This document shows positions 43,101 through 54,290 of a stretch of 64,000 nucleotides of DNA, in pieces. Under the pieces are notes generated by a model, which was not told the origin of the DNA, searched no databases, and saw nothing but the letters and a program-made list of their open reading frames with translations. How positions within the stretch are numbered: position 1 is the first letter of the stretch; every line of letters starts with the position of its first letter. The position numbers were made by a program, and so were the translations under genes. The DNA is from Dictyostelium discoideum (Eukaryota): the NCBI GenBank assembly GCA_000004695.1, contig CM000155.2, positions 320,001-384,000 of the forward strand. Reading direction: 5' to 3'.

Positions 43101-43863
43101 TAGTAAAACTGATGGTAGAAGTTTTTATGAAAAAAATAAAAAATGGATAACAGTATTAATAATAATTGGAAGTTTGGCATTACTTTTATTTATCTTTTTT
43201 GGTATAATTTATTGTAATAGAAAAAACGGTACTGTTATCTATTGGAAATATATTATGTGTCGCGGAATCAAAGAAAAAAAATATAAATTTAAAAATAGAA
43301 AAGAGATAAAACAAATACAAGAATTAAGACATACATTGGATAATGCAGAGACAATTTTTGCTGACTTTGAATTAGATAATATAATAACTTATTCAGAGTA
43401 TCAACTTACACCCGAAAATCGTCTACGAAAAGAACAACAAGAATTAGCTCGAGAAAATTATATTGAAACTTACCCAGATTATTATTTACATATAAATAAA
43501 ACTAAAAATTTACCAAATAATGATTCATTACCTCCAAATCAAGTTGAAAATTTACCAAATAATAATTCATTACCTCCAAATAAAATTGAAAATTCATTAC
43601 CTCCGAATCAAACTGAAAATTTACCAAATAATAATTCATTACCTCCAAATCAAACTGAAACATTACAAGAAGATTCTTTACCTCCAAATCAAACTGAAAC
43701 ATTACCAGAAGTTTCATTACCTCCAAATCATATTGAAACATTACCAGAAGTTTCATTACCTCCAAATCAAATTGAAACATTACCAGAAGTTTCATTACCT
43801 CCAAATCATATTGAAAAACTAACAGACAATTCATCATCATCTCAAGACCCAAGCTCTTCATAA
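39944..43863 (+). CDS. tgr-like IPT/TIG-repeat protein, array copy 5, with a transmembrane helix and a repetitive cytoplasmic tail; join(39944..40022,40679..43863)
   Basis: Exon 1 is [26 protein letters not shown] plus 1 nt, the intron is 656 nt, and the 1053-aa ORF begins at 40702. It is identical in layout to the other copies up to ~42850, then diverges: Q12 tract, N-rich linker, TM helix [23 protein letters not shown], basic stretch [17 protein letters not shown], and 8 tandem 11-12-aa units SLPPNQ(T/I)E(N/T)LP(N/E)(N/V). Confidence 0.65.
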
Positions 43864-44299
43864 TTTTTTAAAAAATAAATAAATAAATAAATAAATAAAG
43901 AAATAAAGAAATAAATAAATAAATAAATTTCTTTTAAAAATAATATTAAAAAATGGAAAATTGTATTGAAAAAAAAGAAAACTATCAATTTAAAAGATAT
44001 TCCTGTTTTAAATTTTTATTTTTTTTTTTTTTTTTTTATTCTTATAAAATTTATATTTCTATTGATTAAAATCTTCCCTTACCACCTTGTTCCATACCAT
44101 TCATGTTATACATTCATACCACCTTTGATTCATAGCATGATATCATTCATACAATTTTGATTGAAACCACCCATACCTTGATTGATCATAATTCCTCCAT
44201 TGAAACGTTAATTCATCATTTGTTGTGGTCTCATTGTTGGAATGGTTGAACCTGCTGAAGTAATTGGATGTGCTGGTAGTTGTATGAATGTGTGTATGT

Positions 44300-44335
<36 letters not shown>

Positions 44336-44420
44336 CAAAATTTCAAAATAGTAAAAAATAATAATTACTGTTTTATAATTTAAATAATTATTACATGTAT
44401 TATTATTTGTCGTTTGTTGA

Positions 44421-44462
<42 letters not shown>

Positions 44463-44469
44463 GGAATTT

Positions 44470-44513
<44 letters not shown>

Positions 44514-44585
44514 GAAAAAAAAAAAAAAAAAATTAATTTCCATTTGAAAAAATTCCAACAATTAAATTTAATTTTTATTTATTAT

Positions 44586-44590
<5 letters not shown>

Positions 44591-44630
<40 letters not shown>
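44591..44630. repeat. (TA)n of about 20 units immediately 5' of the 44638 start codon
   Basis: Directly visible. Confidence 0.9.
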
Positions 44631-44635
<5 letters not shown>

Positions 44636-44637
44636 TT

Positions 44638-46239
44638 ATGTCATATAATGGTATTGGAATAAAGACAGCAAGAGGTACAGGTACAAATGGTTATGTACAA
44701 AGAAATTTATCATATGTTAATACAAATTATAATAAAACTGAATATAGTATAAAAAAAGAAAGAGAATCAATTCTTGAACAACAAAAAAAACAACAATCAC
44801 AACCAATTAAAAAAGCAAATTTAGAATTAATTGAACATAATAGAAAAAGAAGAATTGAAGTTGAAATTGCACAATGGGCAGAAGAAAATGATTTATATGA
44901 AAAATATAAAGATCAAGAAGAATTGGATGCATTATTAGCAAAGAAAAGAGAAGAATTATTAGAGAAACAACAACAACAACAACAAAATAATAATAATAAT
45001 AATACCACTGAAGAAGAAGAAGAGGATGGGCAATATTCAAAACTAACAGATTCACATTCAAAACAATATCAAAAAGAAAAAGAGATAAAAAGATTCACAG
45101 ATGCATTAAACATTAAAGATTATATACCTGGTGCTTCTTTAGATAAGCAAGTTCAACAAGAACGTAAAGAAAAAAGACATCAAGAATATTTAGAAAGACA
45201 AAAAGAAAGAGAAAGAAAACAAAAAGAACATGAAAAACTTGAAAGAGATAGACAAAGAGAATACGATAGAAGAAGTAGAGATTCAGATAGAGATATTGAT
45301 AGATATAAAAGTACTAAAGATAGAGATAGAGATAGCGATAGAGATAGACATAGAGACAGAGACAGTGATAGATATAGAAGTAGTAGAGATAGTAGAGATA
45401 GTAGAGGTAGTAGAGATAGTAGAGATAGTAGAGATAGTAGAGATATTAGAGGTAGTAGGGATAGTAGGGATAATAGAGATAGTAGAGATAGAAGATATAG
45501 ATCTCGTAGTCGTTCAAATTCTCCTTCTTATTCAAAATCAACATCCCCAAGTAAGAGAGATAGAGATAGAAAGTCATATAGAGATCGTTCAGATTCAGAG
45601 TCATCATCAAGTAGTAGAGAAAGAGATCGTTCACATTCAATATCACCAAAAAGAGAAAAGAATACAACAACAACAACAACAAAAACAGCAATAAAGGAGA
45701 GATCAGTTTCTCCACCAAATATTGCTAGAAACAGATCACCACCACATAGAGATAGAGGTAATAAAAAAGAAGAAGAGGGGGATAAATCAATGTCACCACC
45801 AAGAAATAGAAGTGGTAGAAATAGATCGCTTTCACCATCACAATCACCAGCAATAAAAAGAAGTGTTAAAAAAGATGAAGAGGAGGATAAATCAATGTCA
45901 CCACCAAGAAATAGAAGTGGTAGAAATAGATCACTTTCACCATCGCAATCACCAACAATAAAAAGAAGTGTTAAAAAAGATGAAGAATCAATGTCACCAC
46001 CAAGAAATAGAGTTGGTAGAAATAGATCACTTTCACCAGCAATAAAAAGAAGTGTTAAAAAAGAAGAAAAGGAAGAAGAATCAATGTCACCACCAAGAAA
46101 AAGAAATAAAGATGATGAGGAGGAGCAGGAGGAGGAAGAGGATCTGAGATCAATATTTCCTTCAAGAAAAAGACAAAACACTCAAGACCATGAATCACCA
46201 CAAAGAAAAAGACTCGATTCTTCCTCTGATACTGATTAA
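44638..46239 (+). CDS. SRRM2/Cwc21-family RS-domain splicing protein (cwf21-type N-terminus)
   Basis: The N-terminus MSYNGIGIKTARGTGTNGYVQRNLSYV matches the conserved Cwc21/SRm300 N-terminal motif (MYNGIGLQTxRGSGTNGYVQRNLS). It is followed by a coiled charged region and long RDRDSDR / SRDSRDSRGSRDSR / SPPRNRSGRNRSLSP repeats. Single 533-aa exon. Confidence 0.8.
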   Translation: MSYNGIGIKTARGTGTNGYVQRNLSYVNTNYNKTEYSIKKERESILEQQKKQQSQPIKKANLELIEHNRKRRIEVEIAQWAEENDLYEKYKDQEELDALLAKKREELLEKQQQQQQNNNNNNTTEEEEEDGQYSKLTDSHSKQYQKEKEIKRFTDALNIKDYIPGASLDKQVQQERKEKRHQEYLERQKERERKQKEHEKLERDRQREYDRRSRDSDRDIDRYKSTKDRDRDSDRDRHRDRDSDRYRSSRDSRDSRGSRDSRDSRDSRDIRGSRDSRDNRDSRDRRYRSRSRSNSPSYSKSTSPSKRDRDRKSYRDRSDSESSSSSRERDRSHSISPKREKNTTTTTTKTAIKERSVSPPNIARNRSPPHRDRGNKKEEEGDKSMSPPRNRSGRNRSLSPSQSPAIKRSVKKDEEEDKSMSPPRNRSGRNRSLSPSQSPTIKRSVKKDEESMSPPRNRVGRNRSLSPAIKRSVKKEEKEEESMSPPRKRNKDDEEEQEEEEDLRSIFPSRKRQNTQDHESPQRKRLDSSSDTD

Positions 46240-46299
46240 AAAAAAATAAATAAATAAAAAAAAAAAAAAAAAAAAAAAAAAATTATTTATTTTTATTTT

Positions 46300-47520
46300 T
46301 TATTTTTTTTTAATATGATTACATTCAATATAAATTGATAATATAAAACCAATAACAATTAAAATGTAACCTGGTATGGCGACTAATGGTAATTTCATAT
46401 GTTTAATTATTATATCAAATATTAAAGTTAATGGTATTGCCATTAATTCACCGGCTCTAACGAATAAAGGTGATGATGTAATTGATAAACCCCAATTAAT
46501 TAAATAATTAATTGAGAAAATTATAACAGTATTTGAAAAAATAATACCAAATGATTTTGGGTGTGGAATTTTAAATAATTCAAAATTTGTAAAATTGAAA
46601 ATTACCATTATTGGAATTCCAATTAAAAATCCAATAAATCCAATAAATGCTAAATATGTATGAACGATTGTTCTATTAACGTCACCTAATATTTTTGAAA
46701 CTAAAACTTCATATAAACCATATAAACTAGCTGATAAAATCATTAATAAATAACCTTTAACTTTATTTGATAATATTTGATTTTCAATTATTTCTGAACT
46801 TGTTCCTAATGTAGTACCTAAAGTTATTCCAATAATACCTGCCATAAAAATTATTACTGAAATTGTTTTTAAAAATCTAATTCTTTCTTTTAATATAATT
46901 ATTGAAAAAATAAAACAAAAAATAGATGCACTTTCTTTTATTTTTTAAAAAAAAAAAAAAAATTAATATATAAATATTAAATTATTATAATATTATTTTA
47001 TAAGTAACATACGATATAATGCTGTTGAAATACTAACATCTATTAATGGTAATGCATATAACCAAATCCAATTCATAAAAAGAAATAAAATTGACATTGG
47101 AATTGAAATTGAAAATAATTTTTTTAATTTAATTGAATTATCATTACTTACAAATTTACTTTTATAGTAATTTAAAAATGAAATTTTAATATTATCTGAT
47201 GATTGTTGTTGTTGTTGTTTTTCTTTTTTAAATAATTCAATTTTTAATAAAATTAATTCTATTAAAATTGAAAAAACTGAAAATGATACATTAAACCATG
47301 TTATCATAAATGATGAATCGAAATCATTTATTATAATATATTGTGATAATTCTGCACTTGTTGTATTTGATATTGCAATTAAAATAATTATAATAATTCC
47401 AATAAATTTTAAAAACCCATTTTTATTATTTTTAGATAATTCAATATTATCTTTATTTAATATATTACTATTTTCAATATTATTATTATTATTAATATTT
47501 ATAATTTCCAAATTATCCAT
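46300..47520 (-). CDS. putative multi-pass transporter of the drug/metabolite-transporter (EamA / SLC35F-Thi74-like) type; join(47013..47520,46300..46856)
   Basis: The two minus ORFs link by donor TAT C|GTATGT at 47012 and acceptor caatttcAG at 46858-46857 (156-nt intron, phase 1), giving ...STALY-L-IIFMAGIIGITLG... The protein is about 354 aa with about 9-10 hydrophobic helices. The family assignment comes only from overall topology and length and is tentative. Confidence 0.55.
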
Positions 47521-48130
47521 TTCTTCTAAAAATGGTTTTTTTATTTTTTTTTTGGTTAATTTTTTTTATTTTTTTTATTTTTTTATTTTTGTATTTATTT
47601 TAAATAAATATATTACCCATTTTGGATTGTTTCTCCTCTGAAGGGTTGGTATTTTCCATCATTTTTAATTATCTAAAATAATAAATCGTTTCATTTTTAA
47701 ATGAATTAATTTTTGGTAAAAGTAATTTTTTTTTTTTTTTTTTTAATTAATTGATTTGTTAGTTATAGTTACTTTTACTTTTACTTTTTTTATAGATATT
47801 TAAAGAAGCGTAATTTAATCCTTCTAGAATTATTTTTTTATTTTAGATTATTAAAATTAAAATAAAAAAAATCCCAATATTCCCGTCGGGTCAAAAAGTC
47901 GATGGGTTTTTTATTTTTTTTTTTTAAAAAATATCCTAATCATAATTAAGATCATTTACCTTTTGGGATTCATTAAATAACTATCTTTTATTTTTTTCAA
48001 CTTTTAATTTTCCCTTAACAATAAAAAAAAAAAAAATGAAAAAAATAAAATATTGCTTTAGTAAATTTTTAAATAAAACAATGTGAGGTATTATTTTTTA
48101 AAAAAATAAAATTTAATTAAATAAATAAAG

Positions 48131-48169
<39 letters not shown>

Positions 48170-48957
48170 CCCAAAAAATTATAATAAATAAGCCAATAAA
48201 TAAAGTATTTTATTATTTTTTTTTTTTTTTTTTTTTTTTTTATATTTTAAAATGCATGAAAAAAAATGAATTTCAAAAATTTAACAAAATCATTTTTTGC
48301 TGAATTGCTTTCATTTATTGAATAGCTTTTATTAATATTATTAAAATTATTTTCACAATTGATATTATTTATAGTATTATTTTTTGAAATTTGTAGCGAT
48401 ATATTTTTCAAATTTTCTAAACATAATAGATATTTTAAAATTAGAATTACTTTTTAAAAAAAAAAAAAAAAAAAAGGAAAAATTTAATTAAAAAAATATA
48501 TTTTAATATATCAACATACTTAGTAAGGTCATTGTTTTGTTTTTATTTTTTTTGTTAATTTGATAAAAAGGAAATGTTTTAAAATTCTATTTGATACTTT
48601 TAAAAAATAAAAAATGGAAAATAAAATAAAAAAAAAATAATAAAAATAAAAAAAAATAAACCAACTATTCAAAGATTATCAAAAAATAAAAGGAATAGTG
48701 TTCTATTTTTGTAAATTTTATTTTTTAAATTTTATTTTTATATTAAATTCTTTTTTTTTTTTTTTTAATTATTACATAAAAAAATTCCTTTTTACTATCA
48801 TCTCAAATAGAAATAATTAATTGACAATATAAAAATAATTATTATTGAAATTCAATATTTAACCATATTTATAGAGTGTGTGTTTACACTCATTTTGATA
48901 AACCGAAAACTTAATTTTACTTTGCTATGAATTATTGTTAATAAAAATTTTAACCCT

Positions 48958-48990
<33 letters not shown>

Positions 48991-49356
48991 CTTTATAAAA
49001 AAGGAAAAAAAATTTGTAAATCATTTAAAAAAAATTCCCAAAATACCCACACAAACACTTAATATTTCAATTTAAAAAAAAACACTTATGCATTGGAGTT
49101 TATAAAAACACCAGATAGGTAACCAATCCAATTTGTGTGAACAAATCAAAAAACTGTTCCACCCCATTAATTCTATTTATATATATATTAAAATAAAAAA
49201 AAAAATAATATTGTTAATAAAATCAGAGAATTTTTTTTTTTTTTTTGTTTTATTTTTTTTTGATATTTTATAATACCAATTCAACGTAAAATAAAATTAA
49301 AATATTTTAATTATTAATGTACCATTGTTTTTTTTCAAAAAAAGTATTTAATTATT

Positions 49357-49391
<35 letters not shown>

Positions 49392-49606
49392 AATAAATAC
49401 AAGTAAAAATAATCCAAAAATAGAATTATATTATTAATTTACAAACACTGTTTTTTAAAAAAAGTAATAAAATTATTTTAAGAATTGTTTTTTTTTCAAA
49501 ATTATTTGTATTTTACATTTTATTTTAATTTTTGGTTTTTTTTTTTTTTTTTTTATCAATAAATATATAAATATATATGTGAATATTTGTTTTACTAGGA
49601 TTTTTT

Positions 49607-49653
<47 letters not shown>

Positions 49654-49673
49654 ATTAATATCTATCTATGTAT

Positions 49674-52427
49674 TTATGATTTTCCAAAAAATAAGGATTT
49701 TCTCTTATTAATTGTTTCTTTATCTTTTTGACTAGATAATGATGGTGATCGAGTTGAATTTGTTGAATTTGAAGATGAAAGAGATGAAGTTGAAGAGACT
49801 GAATTATTGTCGACAATATGAGAAAGATGTGGTGGTGATGATGAAGTTGGTAATTGTGTGTCACTTTCTTTAAAGTTTGGATTTGACTTTGAAGATTGTA
49901 AATTTGAACCTTCCTGACTATTACTTAAACTACTAGGATTACTTGAATTATTTGATGATGATGATGTTGAATCAACCAAACCTTTAGTTGGGGGGGGATT
50001 ATTATTATTATTATTATTATTATTTACACTTGAATTTAAATTATTTTCTTTTTCTTTTTCTTTTTCTTTTTCTTTTCCTTTTCCTTTTCCCTTTTCTTTT
50101 TCTTTTTCCTTTTCTTTTTTAACGGATACATTATTTGTTGGTGGTGGTTGTTCTTTTTCTTTTTCTTTTTCTTTTTCTTTTAATTTCTTTTCTTGATCAG
50201 CTTTTTTCTCTTGTTCAGCTTTTTCAATTTTTTCTAATTTCTTTAAATATTTTTCATTCTTTTTAGTCATTTCTTTCTTTTCTTTCTCTAATCTCTTTTC
50301 ACGTTCTTTATTTTCTTTATCGATTTTAGTTAATGATTTTGAACTTGTATTCTTTCTTTCCAATGTTTTTGGTGAATTTGTAAGATATACAGGTGTTGAT
50401 GGGAATTGCATAATATCATTAATATTATCTTTATTACCACCAGTGGTGGTGGTGGTGGTAGTAGCAGTGGTAGTAGCAGTGGCAGAGTTATTATTAGTTG
50501 ATGATGATAAATTTGAAGTTGAAGCTAAAGCATGTTGTTGATCAGGTGTAAGGAAAAAGTTTGCACCCAATTTTGCCATTGATGATTTTGAAGTGGTTGC
50601 AGTACCACTAACAATAATATCTTGACTACTTGTTGAACGATTAAATGATGCACCAAAAGTATTACCATGAGTTGAATGTGCATTTGTTTGAATATTCATT
50701 GCAGTTAATGAATTTGTTGATGATGCTTGCTCTGTTGTATTTGGTAATAATTCTAAAGAACTCTCTGGTGTTGTTGTTGTTGTTGTTGTCATTGTTGCTG
50801 CTAATCTATCATTATTATTACCATTATTACCACCCATATAATTTAACATTATATCACCACCCATTTTCATACCACCATTCTTTTTCATACGAATTGTTTT
50901 ATACATTCTTTGATTATTTGATTTAGTAGTTGTAGTTGTAGTAGTAGTAGTAGTATTTGTTGAAGATGCATCACTACCTTGTGAAGAAATTGATTCAACT
51001 GATGGATCTGGTTTTAATTTACCTTCTTCATATTCTGGTGATGATGGTACTGAAATAGCATTATTATTATTACTATTATTATTATTGGTTGTATTTGTAG
51101 TTGTATTACCACCCTGCACAATTGGTGAAGAAACTTCAGAAGTTGAAGCAGCTGGAGTTTGTTGTGAAATCGTTTGAGTATTTGAATTTGATACAGTTGC
51201 TGTACCTCCAACATTACCACTTGTTTGTTGTTGTTGTTGTTGCTGTTGTTTTGAAGTTAATAATTCTTTTAATGCTTGTAATTCTTGTTGTAATAATTTT
51301 GAATTCTCTTTTTCATCATCTAATAATGATAAAGTTTCATGATGTGAAGAGATTAATTCTTTCATTCTTGCAACTAAATTATCGGCTGTTTTCTTATTCA
51401 ATTCTGATTTCTTTCTCTCCTCTTCCAATAACATCGATGTCTTATGATGATTATTCTTTTCATCAGTGACAGAGCCCTTCAAAGAGTTGATTTCAAACAT
51501 TGCATTCTGATCCAACTGTCCACCATTCTTTTCAGCGAATCCAATTATCTTTCTACCTTGGAATAAAAGATTATCCAAATTTTGTAATCTCTCTTTCTCT
51601 TGATTCAATTGTTGTTGTGTATCTGATAATTGTTTTTTCAATTGTACAATTAATACTTGATCTGCTGCAGATCCAGTAGTGGTGGTATTACCACCACTAC
51701 TACCAGTACTATTGTTGTTGTTGTTTGTAATATTTGAAATTTCAGTATTATAAGATTCTAATTTTTGATTTAATAAAATTTGTTCATTTAAATTTAATTG
51801 AGTTTTTTGGTGAAGTTGTCTCTCTTTTTCCAATTCTTTCTCCAAGAGTGAATTTGATTCTTCGATATGAGTGATTTCGTTCATTAGAGTTTGTAAATTG
51901 TTTATGTTTTCTTTGGAGATGGTTTGTTTCTCTTTGTCCAATTGCTCACATTCCAATATTACAATCTCCAATTGTTTGGTGAGATTCTCTTTCTCGGCTT
52001 CTGTCTCTTTATAGATTTCAAATAATTCCAGTTTAGTGTTTTTCTCTTGTTTTAATTGTGCTTCTAAAATTTGTCTTTCCTCTTCAACAGTCTGTTTATA
52101 GACTGTGATTTGCTCAACTAGACTATTGACTGTCTCTTTGGTATCCAACACTCTTGATTTCTCTTTCAACAATTTCATCTTCAAATTCTTTACTTCTGCT
52201 GAATCTTCATTTTGAATTTGAACACATGATAAATCAAATGAATCTGAATCTGAATCTGAGTCTGAATCTGAATCTGATGATGATGATGATGATGATGAGT
52301 CCTCTTCTTCATCCTCTTCCTCCTCTTCCTCCTCGTAACTATCTTCATCTAATTTTGATTTTATAACATTTTCAACATTATTAATGTTGTTCTCTTCTTC
52401 ATCCTCTAAATTATTATTATTGTTCAT
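49674..52427 (-). CDS. long coiled-coil / low-complexity protein (at least 917 aa); the reading frame stays open upstream to about 53039
   Basis: The ORF has acidic and polyS N-terminal tracts, about 350 aa of heptad-like sequence (LEKELEKERQLHQKTQLNLNEQ.., QLKKQLSDTQQQLNQEKERLQNL), then T/S/N-rich and KEKEKE regions. The same frame continues without a stop for 204 codons 5' of the first ATG (52428..53039; PITPIPPIPSTLPSTLP, polyN, polyQ). That stretch contains no ATG in any minus-strand frame. Confidence 0.6.
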   Translation of the reverse strand: MNNNNNLEDEEENNINNVENVIKSKLDEDSYEEEEEEEDEEEDSSSSSSSSDSDSDSDSDSDSFDLSCVQIQNEDSAEVKNLKMKLLKEKSRVLDTKETVNSLVEQITVYKQTVEEERQILEAQLKQEKNTKLELFEIYKETEAEKENLTKQLEIVILECEQLDKEKQTISKENINNLQTLMNEITHIEESNSLLEKELEKERQLHQKTQLNLNEQILLNQKLESYNTEISNITNNNNNSTGSSGGNTTTTGSAADQVLIVQLKKQLSDTQQQLNQEKERLQNLDNLLFQGRKIIGFAEKNGGQLDQNAMFEINSLKGSVTDEKNNHHKTSMLLEEERKKSELNKKTADNLVARMKELISSHHETLSLLDDEKENSKLLQQELQALKELLTSKQQQQQQQQTSGNVGGTATVSNSNTQTISQQTPAASTSEVSSPIVQGGNTTTNTTNNNNSNNNNAISVPSSPEYEEGKLKPDPSVESISSQGSDASSTNTTTTTTTTTTKSNNQRMYKTIRMKKNGGMKMGGDIMLNYMGGNNGNNNDRLAATMTTTTTTTPESSLELLPNTTEQASSTNSLTAMNIQTNAHSTHGNTFGASFNRSTSSQDIIVSGTATTSKSSMAKLGANFFLTPDQQHALASTSNLSSSTNNNSATATTTATTTTTTTGGNKDNINDIMQFPSTPVYLTNSPKTLERKNTSSKSLTKIDKENKEREKRLEKEKKEMTKKNEKYLKKLEKIEKAEQEKKADQEKKLKEKEKEKEKEQPPPTNNVSVKKEKEKEKEKGKGKGKEKEKEKEKENNLNSSVNNNNNNNNNPPPTKGLVDSTSSSSNNSSNPSSLSNSQEGSNLQSSKSNPNFKESDTQLPTSSSPPHLSHIVDNNSVSSTSSLSSSNSTNSTRSPSLSSQKDKETINKRKSLFFGKS

Positions 52428-53345
52428 TTTTCTTTGACTAATTAAACTTGTTGGTAATGTTGATGGTAATGTTGATGGTATTGGTGGTATTGGTGTAATT
52501 GGTGTTAAATTATCAATGATTATATCTCTATTATCAACTATTGTTACTGTTTTTCTTCTAACTGAATTATTATTATTATTATTGTTATTTGTTGATTCAA
52601 ATCCTCCCCCTCCTGTATTCGATGATACTGGTAATGATGATAATGACGATTCTTTTTTAATTATTGAAACTGGATGATGATGAGGTGGTTGTTGTTGTTG
52701 TTGTTGTTGATAATGACCTGCTGTTATATTATTATAGCAATTATTATTGTGTTGATTATTTATTAAATTATTTAAATGATTTTTTGTAAATGTATTAAAT
52801 ATTCTGCTATCTTGAGATTGAATTTGTGGAATACTATTACTATTACTACTCTTTTCACTTAAATGACTATTTTTACTATTCGATGTATTTTTATTACTAT
52901 TATTATTATTACTTGTAGTTGTGGTTGTATTATTAATATTATTATTATTATTATTATTATCTAAATTCTTATTTTTATTTTTCCCACTTATATTCTCTTT
53001 GATTTTTTTATTTAATCTATTTTGTTTTTTAGAATGATTTTATAGAAAAAAAAAAAAAAAAAAAATTAATAAACTTTTTTTCTTTCAAAAATTTGCTTTG
53101 AAATATTAAAAAAAAAAAAAAAAAAATTAAAAAAATAAATTATAAAAAAAAATTAAAAATAAATATAAATAGTAACAATGATTAATTAAAGATTCAATAG
53201 ATCAATTTAATTTGTTTTTTTTTGTTTTTGTTTTTTTATTTTTATTTTTTTATTTTTGTTTTTATTTTTGTTTTTTTTTTTAATAAAAAATAATAATAAT
53301 AACAAGAGAGGGAGAGGGGGGTATTATTTACTTTTGAGCCCCAAC

Positions 53346-53397
<52 letters not shown>

Positions 53398-53452
53398 ATA
53401 TGATATATAGGATTTATAAAGTATTTTAAAAAAAAATATATATAAATATTTG

Positions 53453-53488
<36 letters not shown>

Positions 53489-54193
53489 TGGAGGGTGATG
53501 GAAAAATAATTATAGTGATAATAAAAATTATTTTAAAATAAATAAATAAATAAAATAATAATAAATATATTTTAAAATAATAAAATGTTTTAAAAAATAA
53601 AAAATAAAAAAATAAAAAAATAAAAAAATAAAAAAACAATTTGTATATACATGTGTGTTTGTATGTATTTTGTTGATGAACAATAAATAAAATTAAATAA
53701 TAATAAAAATAAAATATCTCTAATAATTTTTTAAAATTACTAGGTGTGGTAATTTTATAAACATATATATATATATCAAATATATATATATATTTATGTA
53801 TAAAAAATATTTTATATGATGGGTTGGAAAACACACACAAAATTATTATTATTTTTAATTTATATATAAATTTAGTAATCTTATAATAATAATAATATAT
53901 ACATTTTTAGTTGTTGTTGTGTTTGTTGTTGTTGTTGTTGTTGGTAGTAGTGATGTTGTGCCTGATGGACCATGGTTAAAAAAAAATAATAGATTTTAAA
54001 TAAAAAATTATTAATATTTTTATAATAATAATTTATTTAAAAAAAGGTAATTTGTTTGAAGAACCAAATAAGAGTTTTAATAATTATAATTATAATTATA
54101 AATTAAAATTAAAATTAAAATAATAAATAAATAAATAAATAGCACACCCTTTAATTTTAAAAAGGTCACTCTTTTTTTTTTAAAAAAAAAAAA

Positions 54194-54194
<1 letters not shown>

Positions 54195-54283
<89 letters not shown>

Positions 54284-54290
54284 CACTCTT
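54195..54290. repeat. (AAT)n of about 32 units; further microsatellites (ATTTT)n 55405..55478 and (CT)n 55846..55868 in the same gene desert
   Basis: Directly visible. Confidence 0.9.

Noticed and set aside
43502-43861. Overlapping ORFs 43502..43861 (minus) and 43520..43822 (plus)
   Set aside because: Both are artefacts of the 33-36-nt SLPPNQxE tandem repeats in the copy-5 cytoplasmic tail; the sense frame is the third one.
45230-46181. Alternative-frame ORFs 45230..45694, 45446..45718 and 45528..46181 within the RS gene
   Set aside because: They are frame-shifted readings of the RDRDSDR / SRDSR repeats. Only the 44638 frame carries the conserved cwf21-type N-terminus.
50645-52366. Plus-strand ORFs 50645..50926, 51101..51469 and 52154..52366
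   Set aside because: They are antisense to the long coiled-coil gene and have poly-L/V/H repeat-artefact composition.
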